The notes beneath the pieces are model-generated. The model did no database searches. It worked only from the letters and a program-made list of their open reading frames with translations, and was not told the origin of the DNA. Source: an uncultured Bacilli bacterium (lineage in GTDB: Bacteria; Bacillota_I; Bacilli_A; RF39; UBA660). Taken from it: 64,000 bases of DNA. The stretch covers positions 9,342 through 73,341 of the forward strand of contig CALVYK010000004.1 of assembly GCA_944372195.1 (NCBI GenBank), written 5' to 3'. Made by a program: the position numbers and the translations under genes. Shown piece after piece: positions 40,741-51,390 of the stretch. Positions within the stretch are counted from its first letter, which is position 1. Every line of letters starts with the position of its first letter.

Positions 40741-41602
40741 AGAATTAATAATAAATAATGAAAGCATATTAATTGATTTGTATAATAATTTAATTTATGA
40801 AAAATATACAGATATATTAAATTTGTATAAATATTTTGATGAATGCATAAATGAAAAAAATAAAGATTTAAATGTAAAAATAGGAGATAAGAACATTAAC
40901 AATAAAGATTATATATTATATAATTTTATGGATATACAAACTATTTTGGAAAGTATAAAATATAAAAAGAATTCATTATTATTTGATTATTTAAATTCTT
41001 ATTTACTAGATAACATTACTGATATCGATGATTTAAATGAATATGTGAAAAAATATTTCTTAAAGTATTTAAAAAATTGTAATATTGATTTAAATGTTAA
41101 TTCTATTGACAATACTTTGAAGATCTTTTCAAATTGTTTGGAAATAATTCCAAATGTAGATAATCCTATAGAAAAAATAAATTATATGTTAAAATACATT
41201 ATTAATAATAATTTAAATAAAACGGTAATTATATTTTTAAATTCGGATAATTTTTATATTCCTTATAATTTTGAAAATATCATATTTTTTGACATTTCTA
41301 AAAAAATTAATATAAATGACAATAATATTTTAATAACTGATAATTTTTATAAAAATTTAGATTTTCAAATTATTTTAGAATATTTAGAAATAAATTGGCC
41401 AATTCAATTTAACAAAGAATCTACTTTATATTGGTTAAAATATTATTTTATAAATTGTTTTTCATTGTCTAAAATTAAAATTACTAATGATGAATTATTG
41501 ATAATTGCATTTTTATTAAAAAAAATGTATAAATTAAATCAAAATATTTATTATTCTAATAAAATAAACGATATTATTAAATCTTTTATTGCCAATTTAT
41601 AA
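40727..41602 (+). CDS. Csn2-like protein (divergent, long form)
   Basis: Lies between cas2 and the array, coupled to cas2; family assigned mainly from context. Confidence 0.55.
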   Translation: MILIKELIINNESILIDLYNNLIYEKYTDILNLYKYFDECINEKNKDLNVKIGDKNINNKDYILYNFMDIQTILESIKYKKNSLLFDYLNSYLLDNITDIDDLNEYVKKYFLKYLKNCNIDLNVNSIDNTLKIFSNCLEIIPNVDNPIEKINYMLKYIINNNLNKTVIIFLNSDNFYIPYNFENIIFFDISKKININDNNILITDNFYKNLDFQIILEYLEINWPIQFNKESTLYWLKYYFINCFSLSKIKITNDELLIIAFLLKKMYKLNQNIYYSNKINDIIKSFIANL

Positions 41603-41627
41603 TTATAATGGTATAATCAATTTATAG
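41589..41627 (+). promoter_or_regulatory. Array promoter and very short leader
   Basis: TTGCCA-17-TATAAT with a TG extension, overlapping the csn2-like stop; ATTTATAG before repeat 1 resembles the II-A leader anchor ATTTGAG. Confidence 0.75.
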
Positions 41628-44169
41628 GTTTTAGGATACTGTAAAATTTGAATAATATAAAACTCGTCATATTGATATTTTTCTGGATTATCTGTTTTAG
41701 GATACTGTAAAATTTGAATAATATAAAACGTTACTACTGTTTTTAAGACGTCTAATACTGTTTTAGGATACTGTAAAATTTGAATAATATAAAACAGGAT
41801 ATCCACTTGTTAAAAATTCTTTTTCGTTTTAGGATACTGTAAAATTTGAATAATATAAAACCCCATATAGTGATGTGTGACAAGTGTCGTCGTTTTAGGA
41901 TACTGTAAAATTTGAATAATATAAAACAATATAAATCCCTAAAATTAAAATTATATTGTTTTAGGATACTGTAAAATTTGAATAATATAAAACGAATGCA
42001 AATGATACACATAAGAAAAATTGGTTTTAGGATACTGTAAAATTTGAATAATATAAAACTCTTTTGTTAAAAAAGAAACAGCAACTAATGTTTTAGGATA
42101 CTGTAAAATTTGAATAATATAAAACAATTTCCTCCTATTAAAGTGATACATTGCCGTTTTAGGATACTGTAAAATTTGAATAATATAAAACTAGTATTTG
42201 AGATATTGTATTATTCAATGTGTTTTAGGATACTGTAAAATTTGAATAATATAAAACTATTTTTTTTATAAGTTTTACTAACTCTATGTTTTAGGATACT
42301 GTAAAATTTGAATAATATAAAACTGCTTAAATATGGATAATGAAGAATTAAAAGTTTTAGGATACTGTAAAATTTGAATAATATAAAACACCTTGAGCGT
42401 CTGTTGTTAATCCAACACTGTTTTAGGATACTGTAAAATTTGAATAATATAAAACAAAATCATAAATTTAAAAATAACAATGAATGTTTTAGGATACTGT
42501 AAAATTTGAATAATATAAAACAGAATATGGGCTGAATGCTAACCATAGATGGTTTTAGGATACTGTAAAATTTGAATAATATAAAACATTAGAATATTCT
42601 TTTAAATACACTAATAGGTTTTAGGATACTGTAAAATTTGAATAATATAAAACATGTTCGTATAACCAACTATCACATATACAGTTTTAGGATACTGTAA
42701 AATTTGAATAATATAAAACTATTCATTACTTTATTATAAACATTTCCTGTTTTAGGATACTGTAAAATTTGAATAATATAAAACTATAATAGATGGATAA
42801 TCTTTATATGATATGTTTTAGGATACTGTAAAATTTGAATAATATAAAACATATTTATTAGTTAGTAATAATGCAGGTAGGTTTTAGGATACTGTAAAAT
42901 TTGAATAATATAAAACTAATACTTCATGGGGTAGTCCAATTTGGTCGTTTTAGGATACTGTAAAATTTGAATAATATAAAACATTTCTCGTAATTCATAT
43001 CCATCTTTTCTTGTTTTAGGATACTGTAAAATTTGAATAATATAAAACAACTATATTATTATCATTTTCATAATTATAGTTTTAGGATACTGTAAAATTT
43101 GAATAATATAAAACTATAATAGATGGATAATCTTTATATGATATGTTTTAGGATACTGTAAAATTTGAATAATATAAAACTTCTGATAATTTATAGGTTA
43201 ATGATGTTTCGTTTTAGGATACTGTAAAATTTGAATAATATAAAACCCTGTATAACTATACCATTGTCCTATATTCGTTTTAGGATACTGTAAAATTTGA
43301 ATAATATAAAACATATTTATTAGTTAGTAATAATGCAGGTAGGTTTTAGGATACTGTAAAATTTGAATAATATAAAACTAATACTTCATGGGGTAGTCCA
43401 ATTTGGTCGTTTTAGGATACTGTAAAATTTGAATAATATAAAACATTTCTCGTAATTCATATCCATCTTTTCTTGTTTTAGGATACTGTAAAATTTGAAT
43501 AATATAAAACAACTATATTATTATCATTTTCATAATTATAGTTTTAGGATACTGTAAAATTTGAATAATATAAAACTAATTCGTTTAATTTCCTTTTTAA
43601 TTCTGTGTTTTAGGATACTGTAAAATTTGAATAATATAAAACTCAACTATTTCGTTATAATAATTATCTATTGTTTTAGGATACTGTAAAATTTGAATAA
43701 TATAAAACTTTGCAATACTTTATAGAGAAAATATGACAGTTTTAGGATACTGTAAAATTTGAATAATATAAAACTGGAAAAAATGTATTCCAATCTTTAT
43801 TTGAGTTTTAGGATACTGTAAAATTTGAATAATATAAAACTGGCTTTCATCTACTTCTCCAAAGTAAGCAGTTTTAGGATACTGTAAAATTTGAATAATA
43901 TAAAACCTCCATGGTCTACGCACAACTTGATAAAAAGTTTTAGGATACTGTAAAATTTGAATAATATAAAACAACAAAAGTTTGAGAAGCATTAATGGTT
44001 GTGTTTTAGGATACTGTAAAATTTGAATAATATAAAACGATATTTGAAGTATATTACTATCTATTCCGTTTTAGGATACTGTAAAATTTGAATAATATAA
44101 AACAAGCACGAATGTGTGTAAGGTAGTGTTCAAGTTTTAGGATACTGTAAAATTTGAATAATGTAAAAC
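41628..44169 (+). CRISPR. Type II CRISPR array: 39 repeats GTTTTAGGATACTGTAAAATTTGAATAATATAAAAC (36 bp), 38 spacers of 29-30 bp (33 unique)
   Basis: Counted by hand at a 66-bp period; the terminal repeat (44134-44169) has an A>G change, supporting + orientation. Confidence 0.98.
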
Positions 44170-44239
44170 ACTATATATATTATTTTTGGTATAAATACAT
44201 ATATTAATATATTTTTATTAAAAAGGTAGTAGATGATAA

Positions 44240-44455
44240 ATGAACGAAAAAATAATGAATATAAATACAATTGATGATTTGTTAGAAATAGAATCAAAAA
44301 TAATCAAACAATATAGAAATGATTTTTATAATCAATTATTGAAAGATGAAGAAATAAAAAAACACATATGTGAAATCTTTAAAATTGATGAAAATGTTAT
44401 ACAAAATGTGCTTATGATAAACGGTCATCCACCATTAGATTATTTTGAAGAATAA
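44240..44455 (+). CDS. Hypothetical 71-aa protein inside the repeat-bracketed CRISPR segment
   Basis: ORF with an AAAGGT upstream element. Confidence 0.5.
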   Translation: MNEKIMNINTIDDLLEIESKIIKQYRNDFYNQLLKDEEIKKHICEIFKIDENVIQNVLMINGHPPLDYFEE

Positions 44456-44489
44456 TTGTTATATATTTTGTAACAATTGTCAAATTTAA

Positions 44490-44528
44490 TGTAAAAATAC
44501 ATAGAAATAATAGAAGAATATTGATTAT
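44490..44528 (+). repeat. Right copy of the 39-bp direct repeat; forms the upstream part of the deacetylase promoter
   Basis: Identical to 36003-36041; continues as TTGATT..TGaTATACT. Confidence 0.9.
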
Positions 44529-44600
44529 GTTTTATTTTTTGATATACTAGGAAATAGTATTGTTTTAAGAAACATATTATTAAGTAGTTGGAGGTATTGT

Positions 44601-45962
44601 ATGAAAAGACATTTAAATAGAAGAGGCAAAATATTAGTTTTAAGTTTAAGTTTAATTATTTTAATAAGTGGTATATTTGTAATAAAAGGTTTAAATAAAA
44701 AAGAAGAATTACATATATTGGAAAGTACAGATAATTATGATTTAAAAATTGATTATCCTGATGTAGAAAATAAAGAAATAAAGAAAAAAATTGATGAATA
44801 TGTAAAAAAACAAAAAGATGATTTTCTTAATAATGTTAAAGCTGTAGAAGATATTGAACAACCAAAATATGATTTTAATTTGAGTGTTAATGTAAATGAT
44901 TATAAAGATATTACTCATGTTTATATGTTAACATTTGCCTACACTGGAGGAGCACATTATACTAGAGATGATACAAGCTTATATTATGATAATAAAACAA
45001 AAGAATTTGTTGATTTAAAATATTTTTTTAAAGATGAAGAATCATTTAAAAAATTATCTAGTATCGCTTATTATTATGTTTTAAAATTAGAAGATAAAAC
45101 ATTTGATGAATTATGGGTTAAAAGAGGAACTGATCCAACAATAGATAATTATAGACATTTTAATTTTAAAGATGAAGGTTTAGAAATATTATTTCCACCT
45201 TATCAAATTGCTTCATGGGCTGATGGAGAAATAAAAATTACTATACCTTATGAAGAAATAAACGATTTATTAAAAGAAGAATATAGAAATACAAGTAAAG
45301 AAGAAGAAGTTGTAAGTATCATTCCTGAAGTAAGAGATTTAACTAAATATCAAGATAAAAAATTAATTGCTTTTACTTTTGATGATGGACCTAGTGAAAC
45401 TAACACTAATTATTTATTAGATAATTTAGACAAATATGATGCTAAAGTTACTTTCTTTGTTTTAGGTAGTAGGGTGAATAGTAATAAAGAAACAATTAAA
45501 AGAGCTTATTTAGAAGGGAATGCTATTGGCAGTCATACTTATAATCATAGAAATTTAAATTTATTAAGTGATGTTGCTTTAATGGATGAAGTTAAGAAAA
45601 CTAATGAAGCAATTAAAGATATAATTGGTACGAGTCCAACTTTATTAAGACCACCTTATGGTAACTTAACTGATTATGGTAAAGAACTTGCCAATATGAG
45701 TATTGTTTTATGGAATATTGATCCTTTAGATTGGAAATATAAAGATAAAAACAGAGTGGCTCAAGAAATAATTGAACATGCTCATGATGGAGCTATTGTA
45801 TTAGTTCACGATATATATAAATCATCAGTAGATGGTGCTTTACTTGCTATGGAAGAATTACAAAAACAAGGTTATGCTTTTGTAACAATTAATGAAATGG
45901 CACAATTAAGGGGCATTAAATTAGATACAACAACATCATATTTCAGTATGAAAAAACAGTAA
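44601..45962 (+). CDS. Membrane-anchored peptidoglycan/polysaccharide deacetylase (PgdA/PdaC-like)
   Basis: N-terminal TM; DUF3298-like YTGGAH/PPYQIA; NodB motifs TFDDGP, HTYNH, RPPYG, DPLDW, LVHD. Confidence 0.9.
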   Translation: MKRHLNRRGKILVLSLSLIILISGIFVIKGLNKKEELHILESTDNYDLKIDYPDVENKEIKKKIDEYVKKQKDDFLNNVKAVEDIEQPKYDFNLSVNVNDYKDITHVYMLTFAYTGGAHYTRDDTSLYYDNKTKEFVDLKYFFKDEESFKKLSSIAYYYVLKLEDKTFDELWVKRGTDPTIDNYRHFNFKDEGLEILFPPYQIASWADGEIKITIPYEEINDLLKEEYRNTSKEEEVVSIIPEVRDLTKYQDKKLIAFTFDDGPSETNTNYLLDNLDKYDAKVTFFVLGSRVNSNKETIKRAYLEGNAIGSHTYNHRNLNLLSDVALMDEVKKTNEAIKDIIGTSPTLLRPPYGNLTDYGKELANMSIVLWNIDPLDWKYKDKNRVAQEIIEHAHDGAIVLVHDIYKSSVDGALLAMEELQKQGYAFVTINEMAQLRGIKLDTTTSYFSMKKQ

Positions 45963-45966
45963 AATT

Positions 45967-47343
45967 TTACTGTTTTTTGTATGTTATATTATAACAACTT
46001 GGTCCCATAATACAATTACCATCAATGTCAAATCTTGAGCCATGACAAGGACAATCCCAGGTTAATTCTACATCATTAAATAATAAATTACATTTTAAAT
46101 GAGGACATTTATTATATACTATATGTTTTTTATTATCTTTATCAATATAAATACCTACATTATCATTATTAATTTTAGTAAATATAACATTTTTAGAATT
46201 CCATTTTTTATTAGGTATTAATTTATTTTCAATAAGTGTTTTAGAAGTTGATAATAAATTATTAATATTATTTATTCTAAATATTAAGTTTCTTTTTGGA
46301 GAAAATAATTCATATTCTTTATCATATAAAATGATATCACTTAATATTTTACCTGCTATCGTACCATTAGTCATACCCCATGTATTATAACCAGTTCCAA
46401 TTAATAAATTGTTTTTTAGTTTTCCGATAATAGGTAAGTGATCCGTGGTAATAATATCGTGATTAGACCATATATATTCTATATCACCATAAATACTTGC
46501 TTCTTTAATTAAGTTGTTAAAATTTTTATTTTCATTATAGTTGTCAGTAATCTTATGAGAACCATTTAAATAAATTAAATTATCTTTATAATATCGTATT
46601 GATATAGTTGGTATTTTTGATGTGATTGAAGATATTTTTTTATTTGTAACATTTTTAACACTACATAAATAAGATCTTTCTAAATAACAATGAATTGGAA
46701 TTAATAATGGAAATAAGAAAAAAGGATAGTGGCAAGCTAAAATAATTTTTTTAGCTTTTATTTTATATTTATCTGTATAAACTAAATCATGGATTTTAAT
46801 AACATTTGTTTTTTCATATATTTCAATATTGTTTTTTAATAATATTTCTTTTAATTTTAACAAATATTTAATTGGATGGAATACATATGTATCATTAACT
46901 GAAATAGAATTTTCATTCATATTTACTTTTATCTTAAATGATTCTAATATTTCTTTTTCTTTAATTAAATTTTCTTTATTATTATCATAAACAAATGATT
47001 CTACTTGTTCTAAATCACAATCAATATTTTCTTTTTCTATTATATATTTAAGAATGTTAATAGCTTGCAATTGATATTTTAAATATGGTAGTGCTTTATC
47101 TTTTAATTTTGAATATATTAACTCTTGCAAATAGGTTATTTTAGCAGTTGATTTAGAAGTAGCTCCGCATCCTATTTGATTTTTTTCTACTATAACTACT
47201 TTTAAGTTTTTATTCATTAGATGATAAGCGGTAGTTAAACCTGTTATCCCACCACCAATTATTAAAACATCACATTCTATATCTTTATCTAATTTATTTA
47301 CTTTATTTTGATAATCTTTCATCCAAATACTTTGCTTTTTCAT
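45967..47343 (-). CDS. FAD-dependent oxidoreductase with Rieske domain (YhfW-like)
   Basis: IIGGGITG; CPHLKC..WDCPCHGSRF. Confidence 0.9.
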   Translation of the reverse strand: MKKQSIWMKDYQNKVNKLDKDIECDVLIIGGGITGLTTAYHLMNKNLKVVIVEKNQIGCGATSKSTAKITYLQELIYSKLKDKALPYLKYQLQAINILKYIIEKENIDCDLEQVESFVYDNNKENLIKEKEILESFKIKVNMNENSISVNDTYVFHPIKYLLKLKEILLKNNIEIYEKTNVIKIHDLVYTDKYKIKAKKIILACHYPFFLFPLLIPIHCYLERSYLCSVKNVTNKKISSITSKIPTISIRYYKDNLIYLNGSHKITDNYNENKNFNNLIKEASIYGDIEYIWSNHDIITTDHLPIIGKLKNNLLIGTGYNTWGMTNGTIAGKILSDIILYDKEYELFSPKRNLIFRINNINNLLSTSKTLIENKLIPNKKWNSKNVIFTKINNDNVGIYIDKDNKKHIVYNKCPHLKCNLLFNDVELTWDCPCHGSRFDIDGNCIMGPSCYNITYKKQ

Positions 47344-47416
47344 ACAATCACCAATATTAATATGGACAATATTATTATTTGTATGTTATAATTAATACAA
47401 GGATATAGGTGAGTTT

Positions 47417-47824
47417 ATGAAAATATTGAAAAATATTATAGCAATTATTTTATCAATAGTAATAACATTTTTGTTTTTTGAAATTACTAATTGGTATCAT
47501 TTAGGCGATGAATTAACACCATTTATTATATTTAGATTATTAACATTTTTTATATTGTTAACTTCTGTATTTATAGTATTAATTAATAAACTAGTCAAAA
47601 CTTCATTAATAATTGGTTTAATTCCATTTATATTTGCTTTATTTGTAGGTGTTTATTTTGCGATAACAGGATTCTCTGGATTATGTTTTTGTGGTGATTT
47701 TTATGGATTTAAAGCGTTTATAGAAAGTATAATTTTATATTCTCAGAACTTTTATCAAAACTATATTTTAGGATTTATTTTAATAATTTTTTTCATTATA
47801 AAAACTATTAACAAAAAAAGTTAA
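47417..47824 (+). CDS. Hypothetical membrane protein
   Basis: Four TM segments; AGGTGA RBS. Confidence 0.7.
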   Translation: MKILKNIIAIILSIVITFLFFEITNWYHLGDELTPFIIFRLLTFFILLTSVFIVLINKLVKTSLIIGLIPFIFALFVGVYFAITGFSGLCFCGDFYGFKAFIESIILYSQNFYQNYILGFILIIFFIIKTINKKS

Positions 47825-47885
47825 TAGCCTTAATTTGACAAATATATTAAATTTATTATAATAAAATATATTAAGGTGAATTTAT

Positions 47886-48434
47886 ATGAAAAACATTTTA
47901 AATGAAAATTATTTTGAAAAAATGAAAGAAAAACTTGCTGTTGAAAAAATAACAGTAGAAGAATATAAAGAATATTATATGCAATTAAAAGAAGCAATAA
48001 ATAATAAGTCACTAAAACAACCATTAACATATATAAACTCATTGATGTGTGCTTTTGTTTGCCCAATAAATAATTTTTACGAAGAAGAATTATTTATTAC
48101 AATTTCAAGTAGATTGAATAATTTAATAACAATTTTTGCTAAAGAAAAACTTAAAAATATTGATTTTCCAAAATATTATAATAAAATTAGAAATATTCTA
48201 AATTCACAAATATTATCTGGTAAATTTTTTTTAGATAATTGTAATTTAATTACATTAGCACATCTTGCAAAAATAGATAATGTTGATTTAAAAGAATGGA
48301 TTTGTCTTATGCTTGATGCAAAAGTAATTGCAGAAACATATGATGAATATATCAAAATTAATTCAGAAAGAAAAAAATTAAACGTGCTATTGCATCATCT
48401 TGAACATATAAATGGCTTTCAAAAAAAGATCTAA
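47886..48434 (+). CDS. Hypothetical protein
   Basis: ORF with AAGGTGA RBS and an upstream TTGACA..TATAAT promoter. Confidence 0.7.
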   Translation: MKNILNENYFEKMKEKLAVEKITVEEYKEYYMQLKEAINNKSLKQPLTYINSLMCAFVCPINNFYEEELFITISSRLNNLITIFAKEKLKNIDFPKYYNKIRNILNSQILSGKFFLDNCNLITLAHLAKIDNVDLKEWICLMLDAKVIAETYDEYIKINSERKKLNVLLHHLEHINGFQKKI

Positions 48435-48452
48435 AAAATGATTGAAATTTAC

Positions 48453-49667
48453 TCAATCATTTTCATTTTGCAATTTTTCTAATTTTTCATATATACTTTT
48501 TAAAGTAGTTTCATATTTACTTGTAGTTTTAGGAATGTAATATTTACGATTTCTAATTTTATCTGGTAGATATTGCTGCTTAACAAAAGCATTAGGGTAA
48601 TCATGAGGATATTTATAGTCTTTAGAATTTGTTTTAATATGATCAGGAACATTTCCAGTATTACCATTTCTAATATCTGATAATGCATTGTCTAAGGCAA
48701 TATGAGCCGAATTTGATTTAGGAGATAGGGCTAACTCAACTACAACTGTAGCTAGTGGAATTCTTGCTTCTGGTAGTCCTAATCGTTCACACGCATTAAT
48801 ACAAGCATCAACTTTTGGTCCCATCGATGGATTAGCTAATCCAATATCTTCGTAAGCAATAACTGTCATTCTTCGGTAGATACTATCTAGATCTTCAGCT
48901 TCAATTAACCTAGCTAGATAATGTAGACTAGCATTAACATCACTACCTCTAATTGATTTCTGAAAAGCTGATAATACATCATAGTGACCATCTTCATTTT
49001 TATCATGAAAGAATACTGGCTTACTGTTTATTTTTTTAATATGTTCGACATTAACTATTTTGTCACTACTAGAATAGTAAGCTACCTCTAATAAATTATA
49101 AGCAAATCTTAAGTCACCACCAGACAATTTAACAATATAATTAATTGCTTCATCATCTATTTGAATATTTTCTAAATATTTAATACCTTTTTGTAATGCT
49201 TCTTTGATATCTTCATCATTTAATTCTTTTAATTCAAATATTTGACATCTACTTCTAATAGCAGGATTTATTTTGTGATAAGGGTTAGATGTTGTCATAC
49301 CTATTAAAGTAATCAAACCATTTTCTAAATATGGTAATAATAAATCTTGTTTATCTTTATTTAACCTATGAATTTCATCCATAATGATAATATATTCATT
49401 ATTATATTTAGCTTCGGCAATTGCATCATCAAAGTCTTTTTTATTATTTATAACCGCATTTAATAAAATATATTTATATCCTAATTCATTTACAATAGCT
49501 GTTGCAATACTAGTTTTACCAATACCAGGTTTACCATATAAAATCATTGAGAATAATTTTTTATTTTTAACTAAATTAGTTAATATTTTATCTTTACCAA
49601 TTAAATGTTTCTGACCAACTATATCATCTAATTTAGTTGGCCTTAGTATGTGCGCTAAAGGTTCCAT
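48453..49667 (-). CDS. rarA: Replication-associated recombination protein A (RarA/MgsA)
   Basis: PLA..LRP..LDDIVGQ.HL, GKPGIGKT, DEIHR, SAFQKSIRGSD, YKYPHDY. Confidence 0.95.
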   Translation of the reverse strand: MEPLAHILRPTKLDDIVGQKHLIGKDKILTNLVKNKKLFSMILYGKPGIGKTSIATAIVNELGYKYILLNAVINNKKDFDDAIAEAKYNNEYIIIMDEIHRLNKDKQDLLLPYLENGLITLIGMTTSNPYHKINPAIRSRCQIFELKELNDEDIKEALQKGIKYLENIQIDDEAINYIVKLSGGDLRFAYNLLEVAYYSSSDKIVNVEHIKKINSKPVFFHDKNEDGHYDVLSAFQKSIRGSDVNASLHYLARLIEAEDLDSIYRRMTVIAYEDIGLANPSMGPKVDACINACERLGLPEARIPLATVVVELALSPKSNSAHIALDNALSDIRNGNTGNVPDHIKTNSKDYKYPHDYPNAFVKQQYLPDKIRNRKYYIPKTTSKYETTLKSIYEKLEKLQNEND

Positions 49668-49742
49668 ATATATCACCACATATTATTTTATCAAAATTAT
49701 TAAAAAATTAATAGAGTGTGATATAATTATATAGGTGATAAT

Positions 49743-50648
49743 ATGAATTTTATACCAAATAAAGATGAATTTAATAATAAAGCATTGGAATTTAAAACAT
49801 ATTTATTAATAGATAAAAAATATAGTAATGAAACTATTAGTTCTTATATGAATGACTTATATAAATATTATAAATATATTAGTAAAAAAAACTTAAATAT
49901 TAATAATATCAAAAGAAAAGATATAATGGACTATACTAAATATTTAAGAGAACAGCAATTATCTACTAGTTCGATTAATCATAATGTATCAGTTTTAAGA
50001 ACATTTTATAAATTTCTAGTATTATCTAATAGATTTGTAACTGATCCAATGGATTATTTAGAAGTCCCAAAATTAAGGAAAACTTTACCTAAAGTTTTAT
50101 CGATAGATGAAGTTAAAAAATTATTAGATATTGATTTGGTTGATAAATATAGTTATCGAAATAAAGCTATGTTAGAATTAATGTATGCTACAGGACTTAG
50201 AGTAAGCGAATTAGTTAATTTAAAATTAAATGATATTGATTTAGATAGCGATTTAATTAGAACTTTAGGTAAAGGTAGTAAAGAAAGAATAATTCCAATC
50301 GGTGATTATGCTATATACTATTTAAAAAAATACATATTAGAATATCGAAAAGAACTACTTAAAACTAATACTGATTATATATTTTTAAATAACCATGGTA
50401 AAAAATTATCAAGACAAAGTTTTTATAAATTAGTAAAAGAACTAGCAATTAAAAAAAATATAAAAACAGAATTTTCTCCTCATACTTTAAGACATTCATT
50501 TGCTACTCATTTACTTGATAGAGGCGCTGATATAGTAAGTATTAAAGAAATGTTAGGTCATAGTTCATTATCTACTACACAAATATATACACATATATCC
50601 AATCAAAAATTAAAAGATGAATATACCAAATTCCATCCTCACGGATAA
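49743..50648 (+). CDS. xerD: Site-specific tyrosine recombinase XerD
   Basis: YATGLRVSEL, GKGSKER, PHTLRHSFATHLL, LGH..STTQIYTH, HP end. Confidence 0.85.
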   Translation: MNFIPNKDEFNNKALEFKTYLLIDKKYSNETISSYMNDLYKYYKYISKKNLNINNIKRKDIMDYTKYLREQQLSTSSINHNVSVLRTFYKFLVLSNRFVTDPMDYLEVPKLRKTLPKVLSIDEVKKLLDIDLVDKYSYRNKAMLELMYATGLRVSELVNLKLNDIDLDSDLIRTLGKGSKERIIPIGDYAIYYLKKYILEYRKELLKTNTDYIFLNNHGKKLSRQSFYKLVKELAIKKNIKTEFSPHTLRHSFATHLLDRGADIVSIKEMLGHSSLSTTQIYTHISNQKLKDEYTKFHPHG

Positions 50649-51312
50649 TAAAGAATTAATTAAATATTTGTGTAGTATTAAAGATGAGGAATATAGAAAA
50701 TTTAATGAAAAAATTATAAAAACTAATAATATAATTGGAGTTAGGATTCCTATTTTAAAGAAAATAGCTAAAGAAATATCTAAAAATGATTACTTAACTT
50801 TTATTAAGAATAATAAGCATAAATATTATGAAGAAATAATGTTGTATGGTTTAGTTATTACTTATTTAAAAGATTATAATGAATCTATTAAATTATTTGA
50901 TATTTATATTAATTACATTGATTCTTGGGCGACTTGTGATTCAATTGTTTTAAATTACAAAATTATTACTAAAAATTTAGATGATTATTTAATCAAAGTT
51001 AAGCAATATTTAAAAAATAATAGACCATTTATAAAAAGAGTAGGGGTAGTATCGTTATTTTATTATTTAAATGACGATTATATCGATGAAGTGTTTAATA
51101 TGGTAAATTCTATTAGAACTAGTGAATATTACGTTAAAATGGCTATTGCATGGCTTATATCGATATGTTTAGTAAAATATTACGACAAAACATTAAACTT
51201 CTTAAAAACTTGCAATTTAGATGATTGGACTTACAATAAAACATTACAAAAAGCAATTGAATCATATAAAATAAAAAATAAAGATTATTTAAGAAAATTA
51301 AAACGAATTTAA
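50617..51312 (+). CDS. DNA alkylation repair protein (AlkD-like)
   Basis: IGVRIP.LKK, IDSWATCD, YYVKMAIAW, QKAIES. Confidence 0.85.
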   Translation: MNIPNSILTDNKELIKYLCSIKDEEYRKFNEKIIKTNNIIGVRIPILKKIAKEISKNDYLTFIKNNKHKYYEEIMLYGLVITYLKDYNESIKLFDIYINYIDSWATCDSIVLNYKIITKNLDDYLIKVKQYLKNNRPFIKRVGVVSLFYYLNDDYIDEVFNMVNSIRTSEYYVKMAIAWLISICLVKYYDKTLNFLKTCNLDDWTYNKTLQKAIESYKIKNKDYLRKLKRI

Positions 51313-51390
51313 AAATAAAACATTAAATTTATATAGTTAATATAAGTTATTAAGTTTTTGTTTATTCATATAATTTTATAGGTGATATCG

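Noticed and set aside
41603-43992. Short ORFs with repeated FYIIQILQYPKT or FILFKFYSILK
   Set aside because: Translations of CRISPR repeats
41628-44169. Self-targeting spacers
   Set aside because: No match within the window noticed by eye; not exhaustive, needs BLAST
41628-44169. Array transcribed on the minus strand
   Set aside because: Promoter and leader anchor on the left, degenerate last repeat on the right, and tracrRNA polarity all support +
49743-50648. Tyrosine recombinase as integrase of the CRISPR cassette
   Set aside because: Looks like housekeeping XerD, lies 5 kb outside the repeats, and the 39-bp repeat is not dif-like
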